DNA of 64,000 nucleotides from Actinomycetota bacterium (GTDB lineage Bacteria; Actinomycetota; UBA4738), in contig JBOGVA010000074.1 in assembly GCA_050692195.1 (NCBI GenBank), positions 8,309 to 72,308 of the forward strand, given 5' to 3'. Both the position numbers and the translations under genes were made by a program. This document shows positions 55,761-64,000 of the stretch, one piece after another (the first letter of the stretch is position 1; each line of letters starts with the position of its first letter). Under the pieces are notes generated by a model that saw only the letters and a program-made list of their open reading frames with translations, was not told the DNA's origin and ran no database searches.

Positions 55761-56657
55761 ATGAAACGGAATGCCAGGAGGCGTGTGCCCTGGACGGCGC
55801 TGGTTCCGCTCCTGACCGTGCTGGCTGGTGCCTGCGCCGGCCTCGCCACCGGGAGAGGGGCCGATGGGATCGACCATCCGACGGACCCAGGCCGGTTGGT
55901 GCTACGGGTGGAGCAGGGTGGCGGCTTCGTTCCCGTCGAGTACGCGCTGAGGGACGTCCCTATCTTCTCCCTGTACGGCGATGGCCTCATCGTGACGACG
56001 GGGCCTCAGATCGCCATCTATCCCGGGCCCGCCCTTCCGAACCTCGTGGCGACCCGGATCTCCGACGCGGGGATCCAGGCGATCCTCCGGGCCGCCCGGG
56101 ACGCGGGCCTTCTGGGGCGAGATCGCCACTACGACAATCCCGGGATCGCCGACGCGGCTACCACCACGTTCGCCGTGGTCGCCGAGGGGAGGCGCCACGT
56201 CGTCTCCGCGTACGCGCTGGGGGTCGACGAGCCCCCCGGGCTCATCCCGGAGGACGAGCGGGAGGCCCGCCGGAAGCTGAGCGAGTTCCAGGCCAGGCTG
56301 TCCGATCTGCGCCGTTGGCTCCCCGAGGGATCGGTGGGAGAGGAGCGCCCCTTCGAATTCGACGAGCTCAGGATCTTCGTTCGCCAGGGGGCCCAGGCGC
56401 CCCAGGACGAGGGTCTCGAGCAGCCGGAGATGAAGTGGCCCCTCCAGGATGGCTTGGCCGGCTTCGGCCTGGAGGTCCTGGATCTGGAGTTCCGGTGTGG
56501 GTCGATGGAGGGCGCCTCACTGGAGACGCTGCTGCCGCTCGTCCAGAACGCCAACGAGCTGACCCCCTGGCGAGATGGCGGGGAGCTATACAGCCTGATC
56601 TTCCGGCCGCTCCTGCCGGACGAATCCGGCTGCGAGGGCATCCCGAGCCCTTATTAG
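55761..56657 (+). CDS. secreted lipoprotein, unknown function
   Basis: Signal peptide with lipobox-like LAGACAG after MKRNARRRVPWTALVPLLTV; RBS AAAGGAG upstream. Confidence 0.6.
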   Translation: MKRNARRRVPWTALVPLLTVLAGACAGLATGRGADGIDHPTDPGRLVLRVEQGGGFVPVEYALRDVPIFSLYGDGLIVTTGPQIAIYPGPALPNLVATRISDAGIQAILRAARDAGLLGRDRHYDNPGIADAATTTFAVVAEGRRHVVSAYALGVDEPPGLIPEDEREARRKLSEFQARLSDLRRWLPEGSVGEERPFEFDELRIFVRQGAQAPQDEGLEQPEMKWPLQDGLAGFGLEVLDLEFRCGSMEGASLETLLPLVQNANELTPWRDGGELYSLIFRPLLPDESGCEGIPSPY

Positions 56658-56923
56658 CTGTCGGGCGAGATCCGAAGCTGCTTGTCTCCCTTGCACGGTC
56701 TCGAAAATACGGCCGATGGACTGTTGACAATCCCGTGAGGCGTGCGGCAGTCTTCCCTAATCCTATGGATCGGATGGGAATTTGATCCGAACTCGGTGCT
56801 TCGGCCTGGTGGGGGAGATGATCCCCTGCTGCTGCTGTTGTCGCGTTTTCTGCGCCCTGTGTAAGGGCGCGGAGGTGATGGCGCGGCCTTAAGCAGTAGA
56901 AGCCGGAGATCGGCGAAGTTGAA

Positions 56924-56951
56924 GGGGCCGCTCGGGCGGCCCCCTTTCTTT
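56924..56951 (+). terminator. intrinsic-terminator-like hairpin (GGGGCCGC-TCGG-GCGGCCCC) plus U-tract, at the end of a ~300-nt leader immediately 5' of the sirA RBS
   Basis: Perfect 8-bp GC stem read from sequence, followed by CTTTCTTT; the AGGAG RBS and ATG (56966) follow within 15 nt. Confidence 0.55.
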
Positions 56952-56965
56952 ACAGGAGACAAGAC

Positions 56966-58615
56966 ATGGTCGAGGACAGGCGTTTCGGAACCGGTGAGCG
57001 GCGTCCCTTGCCGCCCGCCCCCACCTGGGAGCAGGTCCTCGAGCGCAATTCCATCGAGCGCATGAAGCAGGAGAAGCAGCCGTACCGAATGATGGAGGAG
57101 ATCGAGGAGCTGGGCCGGCGGAACTACCTGGACATCCTGGAGGAGGACCTCGTCCGCCTCAAGTGGTGGGGGCTGTACCACGACAAGCCGAAGATCGGCT
57201 CGTTCATGCTGCGCATCAAGGTGCCGGGCGGGCTCCTGCCGCCGCAAAGCCTCCGGGCCATCGGGGAGATCGCCAACCAGTACGGTGAGGGGTTCGCCGA
57301 GCTGTCGACCAGGCAGAACGTGCAGCTCCACTTCATCAGGCTGTCCGAGGTGCCGGCGATCCTCGATCGGCTGGGAAGCGTGGGCCTGACAACGGCCGGC
57401 GCGTGCGGGGACGCCGTTCGAAACATCACCGGCTGCCCACTGGAAGGGATCCTGGCCGAGGAGGCCTTCGACGCGACCCCGGTCGTGGAGGAGGCCGCGG
57501 GGTTCTTCTACGGCAACCCCGACTACATGGACCTCCCTCGCAAGCACAAGATCACCATCTCGACCTGCCCATACCAGTGCGACATGCCCGAGATCAACTG
57601 CATCGCCCTGGTGGGAGTGATCCGGGAGGGCCGGCCGGGGTTCGCCGTCCGGGTTGGAGGCGGCCTTTCCACCGTGCCTCGGATCTCCAGGGACATGGGG
57701 GTGTTCGTCCCCGTAAGCGAGTCCGTGGAGGTGCTCAGGGCGATCGTTGACGCGTGGAAGGAAGACCTTCGGTACCGCCTGTCACGGGTCAAGGCCCGGC
57801 TGAAGTTCATGGTCGACGACTACGGGGCCGAGGGGATCCGCAAGCGGGTCGAGGAGCGGCTCGGCCGGCGACTGGAGGACTTCGAGGCGCCGCCCCCCAA
57901 GGACTTCACCGACCACATGGGGATCTACGAGCAGAAGCAGCCCGGGGTCTACCACGTGGGCGTCCCCGTTCCGGTCGGCATCATTCACGGCCAACAGCTG
58001 ATCGACGTGGCCGACCTCGCGGATTCCCTGGGAGGAGACGTCCGGCTGACGAAGCAGCAGAACTTCATCGTGACGGGCATCGAGGAAGCGCGGCTCCAGG
58101 AGGCGACCGGCCGGCTCGAGGAGATCGGCTTCCCGGTCGACGCCAATCCGCTGCGAGCGACGGCCATCGCGTGCACCGGAGAGCCTCACTGCAACTACTC
58201 GGTGACCGAGACCAAGGGGAAGCTCCAGGAGATCCTGGCCCATCTCGAGACGCGGTGGGGAGACCGGCTGGGGAACTTCCGGCTGAACCTGGACGGATGC
58301 CCTCACGCCTGCGCGCTCCACTGGGTGGGGGACATCGGCTTGATGGGGACGACGGCGCGGGAGGCCGTGAACGGCGAGCGTCAAGCCTTCGACCTGTTCC
58401 TCCGGGGAGGGGTTGGACCCGAGCAAGCCATCGGCCGGCCGCTCATCCGGCGCGTCCCGTTCCCCCGCGTCGAGGTGGTCCTGGACAGGCTGATCGAAGC
58501 GTGGCTGGAGGGGCGGGGGAAGGCCGAGTCCTTCAGGGACTTCTGCATCCGAACGCCCGACGGGGAGCTTCAGGCGATCGCGGCGGGGCAAGCCGCAGGA
58601 GGGGAGGCGGCGTGA
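56966..58615 (+). CDS. sirA: ferredoxin-dependent assimilatory sulfite reductase (siroheme/4Fe-4S hemoprotein, NirA/SirA type)
   Basis: 549 aa; nitrite/sulfite reductase ferredoxin-like half-domains and Cys cluster (TGCPLEG...; CTGEPHCNYS; DGCPHACALH). Confidence 0.9.
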   Translation: MVEDRRFGTGERRPLPPAPTWEQVLERNSIERMKQEKQPYRMMEEIEELGRRNYLDILEEDLVRLKWWGLYHDKPKIGSFMLRIKVPGGLLPPQSLRAIGEIANQYGEGFAELSTRQNVQLHFIRLSEVPAILDRLGSVGLTTAGACGDAVRNITGCPLEGILAEEAFDATPVVEEAAGFFYGNPDYMDLPRKHKITISTCPYQCDMPEINCIALVGVIREGRPGFAVRVGGGLSTVPRISRDMGVFVPVSESVEVLRAIVDAWKEDLRYRLSRVKARLKFMVDDYGAEGIRKRVEERLGRRLEDFEAPPPKDFTDHMGIYEQKQPGVYHVGVPVPVGIIHGQQLIDVADLADSLGGDVRLTKQQNFIVTGIEEARLQEATGRLEEIGFPVDANPLRATAIACTGEPHCNYSVTETKGKLQEILAHLETRWGDRLGNFRLNLDGCPHACALHWVGDIGLMGTTAREAVNGERQAFDLFLRGGVGPEQAIGRPLIRRVPFPRVEVVLDRLIEAWLEGRGKAESFRDFCIRTPDGELQAIAAGQAAGGEAA

Positions 58616-59457
58616 GCGACCAGACCCTGCTGGACGAGTACGAGGCCGGGGAGCTCTCGGTCATCTACGACTCGGAGCCGGCAGAGGAGGTGGTGGCCTG
58701 GGCGCTGGACAGGTTCCATCCCCGGATCGCCATCTCGGAGGGCGGGGGGGCCGAGGGCATGGTCATCCTCGACATGGCCGTCCGCCGCAACCCACAGGTC
58801 AGGGTGTTCACGCTCGACACCGGCCGGCTTCCACAGGAGAGCTACGACCTCATCCAGCGGGTCCAGGAGCGATACGGAGTCCAGGTCGAGATGATCTTCC
58901 CGGAGGCGTCGCACGTCGAGGGCATGGTCAACAATCACGGCCCCAACCTCATGTACCAGGCCGTGGACATGCGCCTGTTGTGCTGCCAGGTCCGCAAGGT
59001 CCTGCCACTGAAGCGACACCTCCAGGAGCTCGATGCCTGGATGACCGGGCTCCGCCGAGAGCAGTGGGCCAGCCGGGCCGAGGTCCGCAAGATCGAGCTC
59101 GACCACGACCACGGTGGCATCGTGAAGGTCAATCCTTTGGCCGACTGGACCAAGAAGGAGGTCTGGGACTACATACAGGCGAACGACGTGCCCTATCACG
59201 CTCTGTATGACCAGGGCTACACCTCGATCGGATGCGCTCCCTGCACGCGGCCCATCCAGCCCGGGGAACCGGACAGGGCCGGCCGGTGGTGGTGGGAGAC
59301 CGACGGTCCCAAGGAGTGCGGGATCCACTGCGCCATCTACACGGGGGGCTTCGAGCACGAGCTGAATGCCCTGCTCGGCCACAACGGAGCGGACGGACCC
59401 GGGCACGGCCAGCCGAAGGTTGGGGAAGCTCCCCAGCATGGGGAGTTCGCGCCGTGA
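58612..59457 (+). CDS. cysH: phosphoadenosine-phosphosulfate/adenylylsulfate reductase (thioredoxin-dependent)
   Basis: GTGA-overlapping GTG start; PAPS-reductase fold with C-terminal Cys cluster (CC...ECGIHC), which favours an APS-reductase-type enzyme. Confidence 0.85.
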   Translation: MSDQTLLDEYEAGELSVIYDSEPAEEVVAWALDRFHPRIAISEGGGAEGMVILDMAVRRNPQVRVFTLDTGRLPQESYDLIQRVQERYGVQVEMIFPEASHVEGMVNNHGPNLMYQAVDMRLLCCQVRKVLPLKRHLQELDAWMTGLRREQWASRAEVRKIELDHDHGGIVKVNPLADWTKKEVWDYIQANDVPYHALYDQGYTSIGCAPCTRPIQPGEPDRAGRWWWETDGPKECGIHCAIYTGGFEHELNALLGHNGADGPGHGQPKVGEAPQHGEFAP

Positions 59458-59921
59458 AGATAGGCGCGGCCGAGCGGCCGTTCCTGGCGGCGGAGGCCCG
59501 AGCCCTGGCGGAGCAGGTCGGGAGCGGCGAGGGCCGGGCCTCGTACGAGGAGGTCGCCCGGATGGCCGAGGCGGGAGAGGTGCCCGACGAAAGCGCGGCC
59601 GCGGTGGAGGCGGTCGTCGCCCTCGCCCTGGAAACGGGTCGCGCCCGTGCCGTCCACGGTCCGGCCGGGGTCCGGGCACTGGTGTCGGTGTGGAAGGACA
59701 CGCCTCGAGGCGAGTTGGTGAGCCGGGAGCTGGAGGAGCTCAACGAGGCCCTCACGGCCCTCCGCGGCCTGCCGGTGCGATCCGTTCGGGTGGCTGCGAC
59801 CGGTCCGGGCACGTACTCCCTGGGGATCTCGGCGGGCGACTACGAGATGCGGCTCTCCGTGGACCGCACCGGCATTCGGCTGAGGAGCCTGAACGTTGGC
59901 GGCGGGGGGATCGGGGAGTAA
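59454..59921 (+). CDS. hypothetical protein (155 aa) embedded in the sulfate-assimilation/siroheme operon
   Basis: GTG start overlapping the cysH stop (GTGA); coding-like usage; no recognised motif; not CbiX-like. Confidence 0.5.
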   Translation: MKIGAAERPFLAAEARALAEQVGSGEGRASYEEVARMAEAGEVPDESAAAVEAVVALALETGRARAVHGPAGVRALVSVWKDTPRGELVSRELEELNEALTALRGLPVRSVRVAATGPGTYSLGISAGDYEMRLSVDRTGIRLRSLNVGGGGIGE

Positions 59922-59924
59922 GCC

Positions 59925-60572
59925 ATGGCCTTCGGCTATCCGATCAGCCTGGAAGTCCGAGGGCGAAAGGCCGTCGTCATCGGACACGAGGCGGTCGCGC
60001 AGGGCAAGGTTCGGGGGCTGCTCGAGGCCGGCGCCGAAGTCACCGTGGTGGCCGAGGAGCCCGCCGCAGCCCTCGATCGACTGGAGCGAGACGGACGGGC
60101 CAGGGTGCTGCGACGGACCTATCGGGCCGGGGACCTGGAGGGTGCCTATCTGTGCGTGGCGTCCTCGGAGGACCCCGAGATCCGAGCGGCGATCCATCGA
60201 GAGGGGCGGGCGCGGGGCGTCCTGGTGAACGTGATGGACGACATCCCGCATTGCGACTTCGCCGCGCCCGCGGTGGTTCGCCGTGGCGACCTGGTCATCG
60301 CCATCTCGACCGGGGGCCGGTCGCCCGCACTGGCCCGCCGGCTGAGGATCGAGCTGTCCAAGCAGTTCGGGCCGGAGTGGGAGGGGCTGCTCGACCTGCT
60401 GGGGACGGTGCGCGGCGAGACGCTCGCCTCTCTTCCCGATCCGCGGGAACGGTCCAGCCGGTGGCAGCAGGCCCTGGATACCGAGGAGTTGCTGGCGCTG
60501 GTCCGGGAGGGCCGCCAGGAGGAGGCGCGGATCCGCCTGCTCGACCGCCTGGTCGGGGAGGGAGCGGCATGA
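59925..60572 (+). CDS. precorrin-2 dehydrogenase / sirohydrochlorin ferrochelatase (SirC/Met8/CysG-N-terminal type)
   Basis: N-terminal Rossmann fold (VVIGHEAVAQGKV) and typical 215-aa length; located between cysH and cobA. Confidence 0.8.
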   Translation: MAFGYPISLEVRGRKAVVIGHEAVAQGKVRGLLEAGAEVTVVAEEPAAALDRLERDGRARVLRRTYRAGDLEGAYLCVASSEDPEIRAAIHREGRARGVLVNVMDDIPHCDFAAPAVVRRGDLVIAISTGGRSPALARRLRIELSKQFGPEWEGLLDLLGTVRGETLASLPDPRERSSRWQQALDTEELLALVREGRQEEARIRLLDRLVGEGAA

Positions 60573-60606
60573 CTCGAAGCCTGCGCCCGCAGCGAGGCGG
60601 CGCCTC

Positions 60607-61386
60607 GTGACCGGCATTGTCTACCTGGTGGGAGCCGGCCCCGGAGATCCGCGGCTGCTCACCCTTCGAGGCGCGGAGGTTCTGCGGCAGGCCGACGTCG
60701 TCGTGTACGACCGGCTGGCCCCCTCTGCCCTGATCGACCTGGCACCCCATCGGGCGGAGCGCGTCGATGCCGGCAAGTCCCCGAACAGGGCCACCCTGGA
60801 CCAGGACCGGATCAACCGGCTCATCGTGCAGCGGGCTCGAGAGGGGAAGACCGTGGTCCGGCTGAAGGGTGGTGATCCGTTCGTGTTCGGGCGGGGCGGC
60901 GAGGAAGCCCTGGCCTGCGCCCGGGCGGGGATCCCGTTCGAGGTGGTACCCGGCGTGAGCGCGGCAGTCGCGGCGCCGGCATATGCGGGCATCCCGCTCA
61001 CTCACCGGGGCGTTGCCTCGACGGTCGCCGTGGCCACCGCCTGCACGGCGCCGGGAGGCAAGGTGGATCTCGGCGAGCTGGCCGTCGCAGCGGACACGCT
61101 CGTCGTGCTGATGGCCGCCGGAAAGCTCGAGGCCGTGTGCCGGTCGCTGATGGAGGCCGGCCGCTCCGGGGACGAGCCCGCAGCGATCGTTCAGTGGGCC
61201 AGCACGTCGAGACAGCGATCGGTGGTCTCCACGATCGCCGACCTGCCTTCCGTGGCGGCCGCCGAAGGGATCGCCGCTCCGGCCACACTGGTGGTCGGTG
61301 CCGTGGTGGCGCTGGCTGAGCAGCTCGCATGGTTCCACACCGATGTCCAAACGAGCGCTACAGCGAGGCTCCAAGGGGTTCTCTAG
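60607..61386 (+). CDS. cobA: uroporphyrinogen-III C-methyltransferase (SUMT)
   Basis: VYLVGAGPGDPRLLTLRG, VVRLKGGDPFVFGRGGEE signatures. Confidence 0.85.
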   Translation: MTGIVYLVGAGPGDPRLLTLRGAEVLRQADVVVYDRLAPSALIDLAPHRAERVDAGKSPNRATLDQDRINRLIVQRAREGKTVVRLKGGDPFVFGRGGEEALACARAGIPFEVVPGVSAAVAAPAYAGIPLTHRGVASTVAVATACTAPGGKVDLGELAVAADTLVVLMAAGKLEAVCRSLMEAGRSGDEPAAIVQWASTSRQRSVVSTIADLPSVAAAEGIAAPATLVVGAVVALAEQLAWFHTDVQTSATARLQGVL

Positions 61387-61400
61387 GGAGGAGGAAAGAG

Positions 61401-61646
61401 GTGCCAAGACTCACGGGAACGGTCCTCGCGCAGGGCAAGCCCGCGGAGGGCGCGTACGTGCAGCTCCAAAATCTGAAGGGAGACTTTCAGGGCGAGGTTC
61501 GCGCCTTCGAGCAGGGGAGGTTCACGTTTCACCCTTCGCCGGGCCGATGGCGCCTGGTCTCGTGGCTGCCCAGTGGGGAGAGCCGCGCGGAGCGCGAGAT
61601 CGAGGTGGCTAAGGAGGACCTCCAGGTCGATATCGCGCTCTCGTAG
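61401..61646 (+). CDS. DUF1416-like small protein (carboxypeptidase-regulatory/transthyretin-like fold)
   Basis: GTG start after a GGAGGAGG RBS; LTGTVLAQGKPAEGAYVQL...GEVRAFEQGRFTF pattern typical of actinobacterial DUF1416 proteins found near sulfur-metabolism genes. Confidence 0.55.
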   Translation: MPRLTGTVLAQGKPAEGAYVQLQNLKGDFQGEVRAFEQGRFTFHPSPGRWRLVSWLPSGESRAEREIEVAKEDLQVDIALS

Positions 61647-61680
61647 CGGGCGAACATCCGGGACGAGCTGGCTGCCCCTG

Positions 61681-61853
61681 TCAGAGGCGGCCGCGGCCCC
61701 GCCCGATTCCGAGATCCGACACCAGCAAGGCTCCGGCGAATGCCGCGAGGCCCAGGGCGAGGAGGTCGAAGGAGTTGCCCTCGGTCAGCATGGCCACGAT
61801 GAACAGCACGACCGCGACCAGCAACAGGATCGATCTCAGTCCGAACTTCATGG
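61681..61853 (-). CDS. 57-aa small membrane protein (MKFGLRSILLLVAVVLFIVAMLTEG...)
   Basis: Not in the ORF track (<60 aa); strong RBS GAGGGAGGGAACC directly upstream of the ATG; one or two hydrophobic helices. Confidence 0.4.
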
Positions 61854-61976
61854 TTCCCTCCCTCTATTAGGTCCTGGCGGACTCTACCCCGAGGCCGGGC
61901 CCCGATCGAGGACGCTCGGGGCGGCCGGTAGGCTGGTCGCATCGAGAGTGCTCCCGACCCCGCGCTCGTCGAGCGG

Positions 61977-62834
61977 GTGGCTGAGGTCCTGCGCCTCCGG
62001 CCCGTTGGATGGCGCCGGGTGGCCCGCGGCGGCTACACGGCGGCCGAGCGCTGGGTCGTCTCTTTAGAGGATGGATCGTCGGTGTTCGCCAAGGTCGGCG
62101 TCACCGGTCATACGGCGGGGTGGCTTCGGGCAGAGCACAACGTCTATGCCCATGTCACCGCCGACTTTCTCCCTCCGCTGCTCGGCTGGAACGACGACGG
62201 CGACCGGCCGGTCCTCCTGCTCGAGGATCTGAGCGACGGGGAGTGGCCGCCCCCGTGGTCCCCGGAGAGGGTCGACCGGGTCCTCGAGACGCTCGATGCG
62301 ATCAGGATGTCCCGGTCTCCGCCGGCGCTCCCCGACCTGGAGACGCGGCGATCGGAGCTATCGGCGTGGGTCCGCGTGGCAGAGGATCCCGCAGCGTTCC
62401 TCTCGATCAATATGGCTTCCGGGTCCTGGCTCGAGGCCGCGCTGCTGGTGTTGCTCGAGGCGGAGGCCTCGGCTCGTCTCAAAGGCCACGAGCTCCTTCA
62501 CCTCGACGTCCGGAGCGACAACCTCTGCTTCCTCGGGGCGCGCACTCTGCTCGTCGACTGGAACAGCGCCTGCGTGGGGAACGCTCGGGTCGACCTGGCC
62601 TTCTGGCTCCCGAGCCTGGAACAGGAAGGAGGTCCGGACCCCCACGCGATCCTTCCGGGTGAGCCGGAGCTTGCGGCCTTCGTCGCCGGGTACTTCGCCG
62701 GCAGGACGGGGCTGCCGCCGATCGACGACGCTCCGCGAGTCCGGGGCGTCCAGCTCAGCCAGCTCCGTTCGGCGCTGCCGTGGGCGTGCCGAGAGCTCGG
62801 CGTCCCCCCGCCCGATGGGCCGCCCAGGTCCTAG
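61977..62834 (+). CDS. phosphotransferase-family (APH/choline-kinase-like) small-molecule kinase
   Basis: Brenner motif HLDVRSDN and D-W-N divalent-cation motif; 285 aa. Confidence 0.7.
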   Translation: MAEVLRLRPVGWRRVARGGYTAAERWVVSLEDGSSVFAKVGVTGHTAGWLRAEHNVYAHVTADFLPPLLGWNDDGDRPVLLLEDLSDGEWPPPWSPERVDRVLETLDAIRMSRSPPALPDLETRRSELSAWVRVAEDPAAFLSINMASGSWLEAALLVLLEAEASARLKGHELLHLDVRSDNLCFLGARTLLVDWNSACVGNARVDLAFWLPSLEQEGGPDPHAILPGEPELAAFVAGYFAGRTGLPPIDDAPRVRGVQLSQLRSALPWACRELGVPPPDGPPRS

Positions 62835-63991
62835 GTCGGGATGGGCACGCCGGGCAGTTTGGCCAGCCCGGCCTCCATGTCCTCCTCGCGGAACTCGACC
62901 TCGGGAAGGCGACCGTTCAGGTAATCGTCGTAGGCCTGCATGTCGAAGTGGCCATGGCCGCACAGGTTGAACAGGATGACCTTCTCCTCTCCCGACTCCC
63001 TGGCCGCGATGGCCTCGTCGATCACCGCCCGGATGGCGTGGTTCGGTTCGGGCGCCGGGAGGATGCCCTGCGTCTGGGCGAACTGCACGCCCGCCTCGAA
63101 GACCTGGTTCTGGGTGTAGGCGCGCGCTTCCATCAGCCCGTTCTTCACCAGCAGTGACAGCGACGGGGCGTCGCCGTGGTAGCGAAGTCCCCCGGCGTGC
63201 ACGGGCGCCGGCACGAAGGTGTGGCCGAGGGTGTACATGGGAAGCAGCGGCGTCATCTGTCCGGTATCACCGAAGTCGTAGGCGAACTGGCCCCGGGTGA
63301 GGGTAGGACAGGCCGCCGGCTCCGTAGCGATGAACCGGGCCTCCAGCTTCCCCGCCACCTTCAGTGCCATGAAGGGATAGGAGAAGCCCGCGTAGTTCGA
63401 TCCGCCCCCCACGCAGCCGATGACGAAGTCGGGTCTCTCGCCGGCCATCTCCATCTGCTTCTGGGTCTCCAGGCCGATGATCGTCTGGTGCAACAGGACG
63501 TGGTTCAGCACGCTTCCCAGCGAGTAGTGCGTGTCCTCGTTCTGGGCGGCGACCTCGATCGCCTCGCTGATGGCGATGCCCAGTGAGCCGGTTGACTTGG
63601 CGTCCTCCTCGAGGATCTTCTTGCCGACGCCGGTGGTCGGGCTGGGCGACGGACGGACCTCGGCTCCGAAGGTCTCCATCATGATTCGGCGATAGGGCTT
63701 CTGCTCGTACGACGCCCTGACCATGAACACCAGACAGTCCAGGCCGAAGAACTGGCAGGCCATCGAAAGCGCGGATCCCCACTGTCCGGCCCCCGTCTCG
63801 GTGGTCAGTCGTCGGGTTCCGGCCTCCTTGTTGTAGTACGCCTGAGCCAGAGCGGTGTTGGGCTTGTGCGACCCGACGGGGGAGACGCCCTCGTACTTGA
63901 AGTAGATGCGGGCCGGGGTCTCCAGGGCGCGCTCCAGCCGCCGGGCCCGGTACATGGGGGTCGGCCTCCACAGGCGGTAAATGTCGAGCAC
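62831..63991 (-). CDS. TrpB-like PLP-dependent enzyme (tryptophan synthase beta-subunit-like, TrpB2 group); N-terminus beyond window
   Basis: GSHKPN PLP-lysine motif, GGGSNYAG glycine loop; ORF runs off the 3' edge of the window. Confidence 0.85.
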   Translation of the reverse strand: MLDIYRLWRPTPMYRARRLERALETPARIYFKYEGVSPVGSHKPNTALAQAYYNKEAGTRRLTTETGAGQWGSALSMACQFFGLDCLVFMVRASYEQKPYRRIMMETFGAEVRPSPSPTTGVGKKILEEDAKSTGSLGIAISEAIEVAAQNEDTHYSLGSVLNHVLLHQTIIGLETQKQMEMAGERPDFVIGCVGGGSNYAGFSYPFMALKVAGKLEARFIATEPAACPTLTRGQFAYDFGDTGQMTPLLPMYTLGHTFVPAPVHAGGLRYHGDAPSLSLLVKNGLMEARAYTQNQVFEAGVQFAQTQGILPAPEPNHAIRAVIDEAIAARESGEEKVILFNLCGHGHFDMQAYDDYLNGRLPEVEFREEDMEAGLAKLPGVPIPT

Positions 63992-64000
63992 CGGTCCGGG

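Noticed and set aside
56658-56965. Specific riboswitch class (SAM-I/SAM-IV) in the sirA leader
   Set aside because: The conserved cores could not be matched by eye. Only the terminator-like hairpin is reported.
57754-58611. In-frame upstream extension of cysH (ORF 57754-59457)
   Set aside because: It lies entirely inside sirA in another frame and is Arg/Gly/Pro-rich. cysH starts at the GTG overlapping the sirA stop.
1-64000. CRISPR arrays, IS elements with terminal inverted repeats, rRNA genes
   Set aside because: No spaced direct-repeat arrays, transposase ORFs or rRNA-like conserved stretches were seen. Only one tRNA was found.

Overview
Dense, high-GC (roughly 68-70%) chromosomal segment of actinobacterial type; many adjacent genes overlap by 4 nt (ATGA/GTGA), as in compact operons. 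About 60 protein-coding genes and one tRNA-Arg are supported.

Functional blocks, start to end:
- alpha-hydroxy-acid dehydrogenase and a PHP phosphoesterase
- an orphan HisKA_3 sensor kinase next to a decayed serine-recombinase remnant
- an amino-acid catabolism block: class III aminotransferase carrying an in-frame TAG, CoA-transferase A/B, GabT, P5C dehydrogenase
- tRNA-Arg, followed by an EAL phosphodiesterase and a stand-alone cNMP-binding protein
- a UbiE-like methyltransferase with a UbiA-like membrane protein; an amidohydrolase, LD-carboxypeptidase, creatininase and a C45 acyltransferase
- a ChlI/BchI-like AAA+ ATPase and a VWA protein, split by a giant adenylate-cyclase/STAND/TPR/SBP_bac_5 fusion gene on the opposite strand
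- sulfatase, methyltransferases and an M48 peptidase
- an aromatic acyl-CoA cluster: thioesterase, LLM oxidoreductase, bifunctional salicylyl-CoA 5-hydroxylase-like FAD/OYE fusion, PaaK-like ligase, ACAD
- a stand-alone LigD primase-polymerase abutting a second AC/STAND paralog whose cyclase domain is 5'-truncated
- a Trp/Lys catabolic block (TDO, glutaryl-CoA DH, crotonase, RidA)
- a sulfate-assimilation/siroheme operon (sirA-cysH-orf-sirC-cobA) preceded by a long leader that ends in a terminator-like hairpin

The most novel candidate is a lower-GC (about 57-62%) ~3.1 kb island at 47.4-50.6 kb. It holds a leaderless, operator-guarded AbiEii/MenT-like nucleotidyltransferase gene with a homopolymer frameshift, a 338-aa winged-helix protein in non-canonical downstream position, and an ECF sigma/anti-sigma pair.

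Coordinates derived by hand from the printed sequence may be off by about 1 nt; coordinates taken from the ORF track are exact.
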